Source of the DNA: Bacteroidales bacterium
GTDB taxonomy: Bacteria; Bacteroidota; Bacteroidia; Bacteroidales; JBDKHP01
Reading direction: 5' to 3'
DNA: 32,000 bases
Assembly: GCA_965230435.1 (NCBI GenBank)
Contig: CBDDLB010000006.1
Location: 2,591,101-2,623,100, forward strand
The notes below the pieces were generated by a model that made no database searches, was not told where the DNA came from, and worked only from the letters and a program-made list of their open reading frames with translations. Every line of letters begins with the position of its first letter. The first letter of the stretch is position 1. Both the position numbers and the translations under genes were made by a program. Of the stretch, positions 5,311 through 12,734 are shown in pieces.

Positions 5311-8300
5311 ATGGGCCATAAAACAGCTTTCCTATCCTACAACCGTAAGGATTCATTGGCTTTTACAGCGCGGCTATATCAGTATTTGGAGGACAAGGGG
5401 TACGGTGTCTGGTTCGATTATGTGAATATTGAATCTGGGGAGAACTTCCTTATCCATATACAGAACGGTATTCGGGATGCCCAGAACTTTGTGTTCATTA
5501 TGTCGCCGGATTCGGTAGATTCCCCATATTGTATGGATGAACTCAGGTTTGCAATAGCCCATGGCAAGCGGGTTATCCCTATCACCCACATTGCGCTGAG
5601 GGGCAACCAGTACGATCTTCTCCCCAAGGAGGCGCAGCTGGCAGATTGGATACCCGCGAAGCAGGAGCAGCATGCGGAGCTTAATAGGATGCTGAAACCG
5701 CGTATCGATAATTTGGGTGTTGGGGCAGAGGAGGTAAGGCAGCTTATAGAACAGAGCAGGGAGCATGATATCGATGAGCTGGAGGTGTCTTTTGATGAGC
5801 TTACACGGGTGTTCGACAAAGAGGCTGATTTTACGCACTATCATAGTAGGCTTTTGGCACAGGCGCACAAATGGGAGCAGAGCCACAAAAGCACCCAGTT
5901 TCTGCTGGTGGGGAAGGAAAAAGAGCTGGCCCAGGATAGGTTGAGGCAGGCTGCAGGGCGCAAATTCCCGCCCTTTTTTACGGATTTACAGGCGGAATAC
6001 ATCTGCGAAAGCCGCAAAAACGGCGAGGGGATGCTTACGGATGTGTTCATAACATACTCGCGTAAGGACACGGAACTGGTTGATAGGTTCGACCGTGCCT
6101 TGCAAAAACACCTTGTAACGACTTGGCTCGATAGGCGCGATATTGAAAAGGGGCGCGAATACGACGAGGAAATACAGCATGGTATAGAGAATGCCGATAG
6201 TTTTATTTTTCTGATTTCGCCAGATGCTGTCCGGTCAGCTTGGTGCATGAAAGAATTGGCCTACGCGCAGGAACTGCAAAAGCGTGTAATACCGGTGTTG
6301 CTTAGGCCAACGGGAGATGATGCGCTGCCGGAGGCTCTTAGCAAGTCTCAGTACGAGGATCTGAGCAGGGATGTGGCCAAGGTGTCGTCCATTCTGGGTA
6401 TTCTGGGTAACGAAACGGGGTATTATTATCAGCACAAAACGCTGTTGGTGCAGGCTCTTAAGTGGAAGCGACAGAACTACAATGTTGCCATTCTTTTGCG
6501 CGGTAACCAATTGGAAAAAGCGCTGCAATGGCTCACAGCCAGCGAAAGCAGAAAAAGGCATAACCCTACGGCTGTTCAGAAACAGTTTATTGCCGAAAGT
6601 GAAGCCCGAAAAGGGCAGTTGAGCAGCGAGGTTTTTATTTCTTATAGTCGTACGGATGGGGATTTTGCACGGGAACTGAACAACCGTTTGCAATTGAACG
6701 GGCACACTACATGGTTCGATCAGGAGAGTATTCCTGCCGGGGCAAGCGATTTTTGGGAGCAGATACAGCGCGGCATTCGTGCCAGCAACAACTTTGTATT
6801 TATTATTTCGCCAGAGAGTATACTTTCTGAATACTGCAAGCAGGAGGTGGATTTTGCGCAGGGGAACGGAAAGCGAATCATTACGCTGAATTATAGGACT
6901 GCCAGTAGTGAACGCCTGAAGGAGGTTGGCCTTGCCCAGATTAATTGGATCGATTTTGAGAACAAAGCAGATCTGGGACAGCCTTTTGGCGAACTGAGCC
7001 GTAGTTTGGCTGTAGACCGTGCTTATATTGAGCAGCATACTTTCTGGGGGCTGAAGGCGCTGGAGTGGGAAGAGCACCATAGGGACAAGGGGGGCTTGCT
7101 TATGGGGGCACAGCTCGATCAGGCTCTGGCATGGCTGCGCGAGGCCAACGATGCAAAAAAGCAACCTGCACCTACGGATGTGCAGCGCCAGCTTATTGCG
7201 GAAAGCCGCAGGGAGCATCTGGTGGCCATAGCGGCAGAGAGGCGGACTAAACGGCGTTTGCAGTTGCTTCTGGTGCTTTCTGTTGCTGCGGCGGTGGTGG
7301 CTCTTTTGTTGGGGTGGTTTGCTTTTAACAAATACTTGGAGGCAGATGAGGCATTGGCCACGGCCAACCGACAGACAGAAATTGCTAATGCGGAAAAAGA
7401 ACGCAACAAAGGGCTTTTCGAAGAGGCCAATCGGCAAAAGGAAGCGGCCGATAAGCGGAAAAAGGAGGCCGAAAGGGAAAAGGCTGCTGCCGATGTTGCT
7501 CGCGATCTGGCCAAGAAGAAGGAAACACTGGCGCAGAGCCTTCTGCGGGGTACTACATCTATTCTTAAAAGCTTTTTGCCTGCTAAAGAGCAAAACATCT
7601 ATTCTTTTTTTAAGAAGCATGCCGATAGTCTGTTTAACGAAGGGAAATACCACGAAGCCTTTCAGAATTATAACATGGCCAATAATGCACCGGATAAAAG
7701 GGCTGATGGGCTGGGCGAGAGAATGAAATTGTGCGAACAGCTCTTTAGGACAAGGGAGCTGGCAGATCGGAATTTCGAACAAATGAACTATAAGGAGGCC
7801 GAGAAATATTATTTAAAACTGAAGGCGTTTGAAAAGGAAAATGCCTATGCTCAGCGTCAGTTGGCGGTAATAAATCCGCTCTACGATATGGTATATATAC
7901 AAGGGGGCACATTTAATAGAATATGCACTGATGATACCGATCAGGATACTTTGTCGGAGGATACGGATTTCTTTACAATATCATTGAGCAGTTTCAGTAT
8001 AGGCCGTTGCGAGGTTACCGTTGCTCAGTATGCTAAATTCCTGAACGAGTATGGTAGCCTGAAAGTAAAAGAAGGGCAATATAAAGGGAAAGATTTAATA
8101 GAGGTTAACTCGTGTAAGATTTTGAAAAAAGATGGGCGGTGGGTAGCGTGGGAAGATTATGAGAATTATCCAATGTGTGAAGTATCCTGGTATGGAGCTC
8201 AGGAATTCTGCAAACATTACGGATTGCTGCTTCCAACCGAGTTTCAGTGGGAATATGCAGCTTGTGGTGGTACTTTATTGCTTAATGAAGACCTGCTGCA

Positions 8301-8700
8301 GCCAATACCTTATCCTATAAGTAATAGAGCATCTTACAAAGGATTCAGGGAAAAGCTTGAAAAACATGCCGCTTTTGCATGGTACAGAAATAACTCGCAA
8401 GGAAAAGTACAGCCTGTTGGTAGGTTGCAGCCGAATGTTTTAGGTGTACATGATATGAGTGGGAATGTTTGGGAGTGGTGTTACAATGAAGATTGGGATT
8501 GGGAGCGGGATTGTATAAAAGGGGAGTTGAAAAATCCTGTAGGAATAAGAAGTAGTTATTATGGTATGGATAAAAGAAGGATTTTTCGCGGAGGGAGTTA
8601 CGATGTGGATTTATCTAGGTGGTTTATAAGACTTCGTTTAAGCTTGCAAGCTAACCGTTCGAGGTATAATCTTGGTTTTCGTGTGTGTTTTGAGCCTTAG
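5311..8700 (+). CDS. triple-TIR / single-TM / coiled-coil / FGE-sulfatase (SUMF1-type) domain protein
   Basis: 1129 aa. TIR modules are at aa 4-93 (nt 5320-5589), 243-331 (6037-6303) and 439-527 (6625-6891), with (A/V)F(L/I).Y.R.D starts and SP(D/E)...S.(Y/W)C..E(L/V) blocks. The TM helix is LQLLLVLSVAAAVVALLLGWFAF (nt 7258-7326), preceded by RRTKRR. The C-terminal FGE-sulfatase motifs are YIQGGTF, CEVTVAQYAKFL, LLPTEFQWEYAACGG, GNVWEWC, RGGSY and GFRVC (nt ~7882-8697). Confidence 0.9.
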   Translation: MGHKTAFLSYNRKDSLAFTARLYQYLEDKGYGVWFDYVNIESGENFLIHIQNGIRDAQNFVFIMSPDSVDSPYCMDELRFAIAHGKRVIPITHIALRGNQYDLLPKEAQLADWIPAKQEQHAELNRMLKPRIDNLGVGAEEVRQLIEQSREHDIDELEVSFDELTRVFDKEADFTHYHSRLLAQAHKWEQSHKSTQFLLVGKEKELAQDRLRQAAGRKFPPFFTDLQAEYICESRKNGEGMLTDVFITYSRKDTELVDRFDRALQKHLVTTWLDRRDIEKGREYDEEIQHGIENADSFIFLISPDAVRSAWCMKELAYAQELQKRVIPVLLRPTGDDALPEALSKSQYEDLSRDVAKVSSILGILGNETGYYYQHKTLLVQALKWKRQNYNVAILLRGNQLEKALQWLTASESRKRHNPTAVQKQFIAESEARKGQLSSEVFISYSRTDGDFARELNNRLQLNGHTTWFDQESIPAGASDFWEQIQRGIRASNNFVFIISPESILSEYCKQEVDFAQGNGKRIITLNYRTASSERLKEVGLAQINWIDFENKADLGQPFGELSRSLAVDRAYIEQHTFWGLKALEWEEHHRDKGGLLMGAQLDQALAWLREANDAKKQPAPTDVQRQLIAESRREHLVAIAAERRTKRRLQLLLVLSVAAAVVALLLGWFAFNKYLEADEALATANRQTEIANAEKERNKGLFEEANRQKEAADKRKKEAEREKAAADVARDLAKKKETLAQSLLRGTTSILKSFLPAKEQNIYSFFKKHADSLFNEGKYHEAFQNYNMANNAPDKRADGLGERMKLCEQLFRTRELADRNFEQMNYKEAEKYYLKLKAFEKENAYAQRQLAVINPLYDMVYIQGGTFNRICTDDTDQDTLSEDTDFFTISLSSFSIGRCEVTVAQYAKFLNEYGSLKVKEGQYKGKDLIEVNSCKILKKDGRWVAWEDYENYPMCEVSWYGAQEFCKHYGLLLPTEFQWEYAACGGTLLLNEDLLQPIPYPISNRASYKGFREKLEKHAAFAWYRNNSQGKVQPVGRLQPNVLGVHDMSGNVWEWCYNEDWDWERDCIKGELKNPVGIRSSYYGMDKRRIFRGGSYDVDLSRWFIRLRLSLQANRSRYNLGFRVCFEP

Positions 8701-8802
8701 TGACTGGAAGTTATTCTGCTGATTTTGTTTGCAAAGGTCTTCATGAGACCACTTTGCTCAATGAATAATTCCTAAAATTCCCCAAACCTTAACAGTAGTT
8801 CT

Positions 8803-10890
8803 ATGAACGTAAAAAGAAAATATGCGGTCTTCTTTCTATTTCTACTTCACTTAACTGCAATTGCACAAAAGCAGCCCTCGGTACAGTTTTTTGAAGAAAA
8901 GCAGCAATATGCCCTGGTGAACAGTAAAGGTAGGGCCGTTTCGGGTTATTATACTGCGGTTTTCGATTTTGAACATTCCCATGCTATTGTACAGAAGGGC
9001 GTGCTTTTCGGAATTATAAACCAGAGTGGGAAAGAGATAGTTCCTGTGCGTTATTCTGCGAAGGAAATTAAAGACCAATTGGCAAAACGTTTAAGAAAGA
9101 AACTTGGAGATAAGGGCGAATTCTGGCTTTATCTAGCAGAAAAACACAGGAGGGACGAAGGACGGGTGAAGGAATATTGCCGAAAGGGGTATGAAAGCGA
9201 CAGTACAGATATAGAGCGTATTTTAAGTATTGCAGAACTGGTAAGAAGGGTGGATAATGATAAGGGGCTTTCTTATTATGAAAAGGCTTACATGTTGGAC
9301 AGTACCAATAAAGAGCTTGTTCTACGAATTGCAGATATTGTTGGGAATGAAGAGAAGGAGGGAAATGATGCATTTCTTTATTATAGGAAGGCTTACCGTC
9401 TCGATAGCACCAATTTGGAGCACATACTGCAACTTGCCGATAAGGTGAAGAAAAAGGAAGAGGGTGAATTTCTTTTCTATTGCAGAAAGGCTTATGAGCG
9501 GGATAGTACAAATGCAGGGACGGTATTGAGAATTGCCGAGAAACTTACAAAGGAAAAGATGTTAAAGTCTCTTTTTTATTACAAAAAATCGTATGAACGG
9601 GATAGTTCCAATTTTGAACACGTGTTGAAGATTGCAGATGCAGTGCAGAAGCTGTGGTTTCAGTATGAATATTCGGGAGGTGAAGTGATAGATAAAGAGG
9701 CGTATTTTTATTATCGCAGGGCTTATGAATTGGACAGTAGTACAGTGGAGCATTTAATAGAGATTATAAATGGAATAATGATAAATAGAGAAAGGGCTAA
9801 TGCCTATTACAGACAAGCTTATCGGGTAGATAGCAATAATGTTGATCATGTTTTGAAGATTGCAGACTATGACTTCAATGATTGGGATAATATTGATTGT
9901 GGGCTTGAGTGTCAAAAAGGCGAATATTTGGAAGAAATATATAAGAAAGATAGCACCGATGTACGGGTTCTTTTGAAGCTGATAGAGGCTAAATATTTTT
10001 GGGCACTCGAAAAGGTTTATAAACTCGATAGTCTTAATGCAAGTCAGATAGTACAGGCACTTGATGCGTCTAAACATTGTGAGGAGTTAAATGAGGAATC
10101 TGAAGATCCTGTGACGGGCGAAATTCGAAGTGAGAATGGCGACCTGTTCATAGAGTATGCCCGAAAAGCTTATGAGCTCGATAGTGGTAATGCTGAACAT
10201 GTGCGCAAAATAGCAGCGTGTTTTAATTCCAGAACAATAAATGTAACTGGGAGAAGTAGAGAATTGCTTGAGCGTTATGTAAAAAAGGCTTATGAGCTAG
10301 ACAGTACAAATCATCAGAACCTACTGGGAATAGCAGAGGTACTAAAGCCTGTCAATGAACAACGGGCTATTGATTGGGCTGAAAAGGCATACCGTATTGA
10401 TAGTACAGATGTTTCGGTACTTCTATGGTTAGGGGATGCTTTGTGGGATGAAAGCCAGGCATTATTGTATTATAAGAAAGCAAATCAGTTGTACCATGAT
10501 ACAGCGAAATTGAGAGATAAGAGTGAATTTATTAATGACATGCTTGATTTTGAAGATCCTGTTACTGGTGAACTTTTTCGGATTGATTATTTAGGGAATA
10601 ACCTAACCTATGCATGGTCTTATAAAAGTATACGGGCGGGGTGTTTTATGAATTCCAGAGAGCGGGTATTTGGTTCTTTTGAAGAATCAATAAGGTGCTT
10701 TACTGAAGATGCTTATTTCAGGAAAGATGATAAAGGGAAATGGGGTGTGATGGATGTAAAGGGGAAGGTGTTGGTGGATTATAAATATGATAAGGTGATA
10801 GAGGTGTTGAAAGAGGGAAAAGCCAAGGTGATGGAGGGGAAACAGGCTTTTTGGATCAATAAGAAAGGGGAGCGTCTGGCTGGGATTTGA
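8803..10890 (+). CDS. secreted repeat protein: WG-type beta repeats at both ends flanking 12-13 TPR/Sel1-like helical repeats
   Basis: 695 aa with signal peptide MNVKRKYAVFFLFLLHLTAIA-QK. WG-like segments are at the N-terminus (YALVNSKGRAVSGYY...FGIINQSGKEIVPVRY) and the C-terminus (KGKWGVMDVKGKVLVDYKYD...AFWINKKGERL). The core (F/Y)Y.KAY.LDS(T/S)N.EH(V/I)L(K/R)IA occurs 12 times between nt ~9169 and 10438. Confidence 0.85.
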   Translation: MNVKRKYAVFFLFLLHLTAIAQKQPSVQFFEEKQQYALVNSKGRAVSGYYTAVFDFEHSHAIVQKGVLFGIINQSGKEIVPVRYSAKEIKDQLAKRLRKKLGDKGEFWLYLAEKHRRDEGRVKEYCRKGYESDSTDIERILSIAELVRRVDNDKGLSYYEKAYMLDSTNKELVLRIADIVGNEEKEGNDAFLYYRKAYRLDSTNLEHILQLADKVKKKEEGEFLFYCRKAYERDSTNAGTVLRIAEKLTKEKMLKSLFYYKKSYERDSSNFEHVLKIADAVQKLWFQYEYSGGEVIDKEAYFYYRRAYELDSSTVEHLIEIINGIMINRERANAYYRQAYRVDSNNVDHVLKIADYDFNDWDNIDCGLECQKGEYLEEIYKKDSTDVRVLLKLIEAKYFWALEKVYKLDSLNASQIVQALDASKHCEELNEESEDPVTGEIRSENGDLFIEYARKAYELDSGNAEHVRKIAACFNSRTINVTGRSRELLERYVKKAYELDSTNHQNLLGIAEVLKPVNEQRAIDWAEKAYRIDSTDVSVLLWLGDALWDESQALLYYKKANQLYHDTAKLRDKSEFINDMLDFEDPVTGELFRIDYLGNNLTYAWSYKSIRAGCFMNSRERVFGSFEESIRCFTEDAYFRKDDKGKWGVMDVKGKVLVDYKYDKVIEVLKEGKAKVMEGKQAFWINKKGERLAGI

Positions 10891-10927
10891 ATGCTCTGTT
10901 TTTTGGTGACTGTTCTTTTGCCTCAGA

Positions 10928-11204
10928 TTGAAAAGGCTTGCTATTTTCAGTGTCAATAGCAAGCCTTTCAATAAATCTGCTAACGAAAACGGAGCGCAGA
11001 TTTAGAAAGCACAGCAGTTCTGGAAATAGCCGTGACTGTAGCGGAAAGCCCACAGCCACGCGTGCCAGTAACACACGGTGCGGAGGCTATGGAGCGGGAG
11101 CGGAATAGACCGCCGCGCTGATGTGGAACGGCACGGGGGGCGAGGACTTGCAGCGGAAGGCGCGGAGGTGTGTTCTTGGGAAAAGGTGGTGTTGTGCTCC
11201 TAAA
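10928..11204 (+). repeat. R2 dispersed repeat, copy B (intact, including the 5' hairpin H)
   Basis: Near-identical to copy A at an exact offset of 6020 bp. Confidence 0.9.
10932..10968 (+). terminator. hairpin H (14-bp stem, 9-nt loop) 42 nt after the stop of the WG-repeat gene
   Basis: The stem is aaaggcttgctatt (10932-10945) paired with aatagcaagccttt (10955-10968). There is no strong T-run, so terminator function is inferred only. The same hairpin at 3112-3130/4929-4948 is the MITE-A target. Confidence 0.4.
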
Positions 11205-11324
11205 AAAATCATGATCTGGTTGGTTGGGGTAATGTTCTGTTATTTTTTGTGCGATGCTTTAGTAGTGAGGGAACTATAGGTGTGGCAGAACGTATGTTCT
11301 GAATATATCAGCAAACTTTGTGAA

Positions 11325-11765
11325 ATGGAAACGTTATTGAAGTATGTGATTTTGCCAGAGGAAAAGGTGGTGCTGGAGTATTTTGTGGGAAATGTTGATT
11401 TAGATGCATTTATTTCCTACAAAAAGGAGCTGAGTAAAGATCCTGATTATGATGCCAGTTATTGTAGCATTGCTGATTGTAACGAGGCTGAGTTACAAAT
11501 TGAACAGCAGGATGTTTTAGACTACTGCTCTTTTTTGGAGACAGAACCAAAGTTGATTGGGGAAAGGCGTGCTATATTAATAACAACTAGACCAAAGCAT
11601 ATAGCTTTGTTAATGCTTTTTGAGTACACAAAAACCAAACTGGAAATTACGCCTGCTATCTCTTCGTGCTTGGATGATGCAATGCGGATTTTGTCGATTC
11701 CGCTTCGGGATTGGAAAGCAATAGATGCGGCTTTTATGAAATTGAAGAGTAAAACGGCTGTCTGA
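11325..11765 (+). CDS. hypothetical protein (possibly an STAS/SpoIIAA-like fold; unverified)
   Basis: The ORF track starts at GTG 11280. ATG 11325 (METLLKYVILPEEKVVLEYFVGNVDLD...) is the more plausible start. No motif was recognised with confidence. Confidence 0.5.
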   Translation: METLLKYVILPEEKVVLEYFVGNVDLDAFISYKKELSKDPDYDASYCSIADCNEAELQIEQQDVLDYCSFLETEPKLIGERRAILITTRPKHIALLMLFEYTKTKLEITPAISSCLDDAMRILSIPLRDWKAIDAAFMKLKSKTAV

Positions 11766-11782
11766 TTTCTGGTTCATGGGGT

Positions 11783-11847
11783 AAAGAAGAAGTTCTGTGC
11801 AATTTATTTAGCGCGGATAAATGTTTTCTGCCAGAACTTTCTTCTTT
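11783..11847. terminator. long-loop inverted repeat between convergent genes
   Basis: The arms are aaagaagaagttctg (11783-11797) and cagaactttcttcttt (11832-11847), which differ from perfect complementarity by one extra t. Confidence 0.3.
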
Positions 11848-11861
11848 TGGTTTTTGTTAGC

Positions 11862-12662
11862 TTAGTTTGCCTGTTTTTTGGTCAGGCCGATATGCGGGTC
11901 GTGCTGTTTGCTGATTGTTTGATAGAAATGGCGGAAATTGCCGCTTTCTTTCACAACATTGCCAATAATGATAATGGCGGGCGAACTGATCTGTTCTACT
12001 TCTGCTGCTGCCTGTATTGAATCTACAGTGCCAAAAACTATTTTTTCTTCGGGTGTGGTGCCGTTCTGTATAATTGCAGTCGGTGTTTTTCCTTTGCCTT
12101 CTTTTTGTAAGATGGAAACAATCTGATCGAGTTTGTGTACGCCCATCAGAATAACCAGCGTGGCCGTTGATTTTGCTGCAACGGCAATGTCTTCGGATAG
12201 TTGGTGGTTTTTGGTTGTGCCGGTAAGCACCCAAAAGCTTTCGGAAACACCACGTGCTGTAACGGGTATGCCCAAGTGTTCGGGAACGCTTATGGCAGAT
12301 GTTATCCCGGGTATAACAGTGGTGGGGATATCGTACGATTTTGCGTGGTTGATTTCTTCGGATCCACGGCCGAACACAAACGGGTCGCCGCCTTTTAGTC
12401 GAACCACATGACCATAATACAGCGCATACTGAACAATAAGCTGGTTGATTTCTTCTTGGGTGTAAACGCATTTTCCACGGCGTTTCCCAACGTAAACCAG
12501 CACTGCGTCTTTGCGTGTGTAATTAAGTATCTCGCGGTTGGCCAAGGCATCGTAAAGGACTACATCGGCGGTTCGGAGTGTTTTTATTGCTTTTAGGGTG
12601 AGCAGATCGGGATCTCCGGGGCCTGCTCCAACTATACTTATCTTAGGTTCTATGGTTTCCAT
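11862..12662 (-). CDS. cobA: uroporphyrinogen-III C-methyltransferase (siroheme branch)
   Basis: Motifs are ISIVGAGPGDPDLLTLKA, VVLYDAL, RLKGGDPFVFGRGSEE and VIPGITSA. The start was moved to ATG 12662 (METIEPK...) because the 22-codon extension to 12728 runs through a REP-like hairpin. Confidence 0.85.
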   Translation of the reverse strand: METIEPKISIVGAGPGDPDLLTLKAIKTLRTADVVLYDALANREILNYTRKDAVLVYVGKRRGKCVYTQEEINQLIVQYALYYGHVVRLKGGDPFVFGRGSEEINHAKSYDIPTTVIPGITSAISVPEHLGIPVTARGVSESFWVLTGTTKNHQLSEDIAVAAKSTATLVILMGVHKLDQIVSILQKEGKGKTPTAIIQNGTTPEEKIVFGTVDSIQAAAEVEQISSPAIIIIGNVVKESGNFRHFYQTISKQHDPHIGLTKKQAN

Positions 12663-12734
12663 AATACAAGTTTGTGTGGGGGGGCTGTAGAGACGCGCTA
12701 CCTGCGCGCCTATAACAGGATCACCCACTAATTT

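Noticed and set aside
4906-5319. Small ORFs (60, 84 and 119 aa) inside R2 copy A, and the equivalent ORF at 10856-11074 in copy B.
   Set aside because: They fall within a non-coding repeat whose conservation pattern (paired compensatory changes, an internal deletion variant) fits RNA or DNA structure, not a reading frame.
5374-7782. Long antisense ORFs inside the TIR gene, including a 515-aa ORF at 6235-7782 (-) and 5374-5886 / 5841-6248 (-).
   Set aside because: They lie opposite a plus-strand ORF with strong, repeated domain signatures. Their translations are low-complexity with no recognisable motif. This is a typical shadow-ORF artefact.
7882-8700. The FGE-sulfatase (C-type-lectin-fold) C-terminus as the variable region of a diversity-generating retroelement target.
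   Set aside because: No reverse transcriptase gene is in the window, and I could find no second copy (template repeat) of the gene's 3' end.
5311-8700. Thoeris or another known TIR defence system.
   Set aside because: No ThsA-like (SIR2/Macro + SLOG) gene, cyclase, STING or STAND NTPase gene is adjacent. The only operon partner is a secreted repeat protein.
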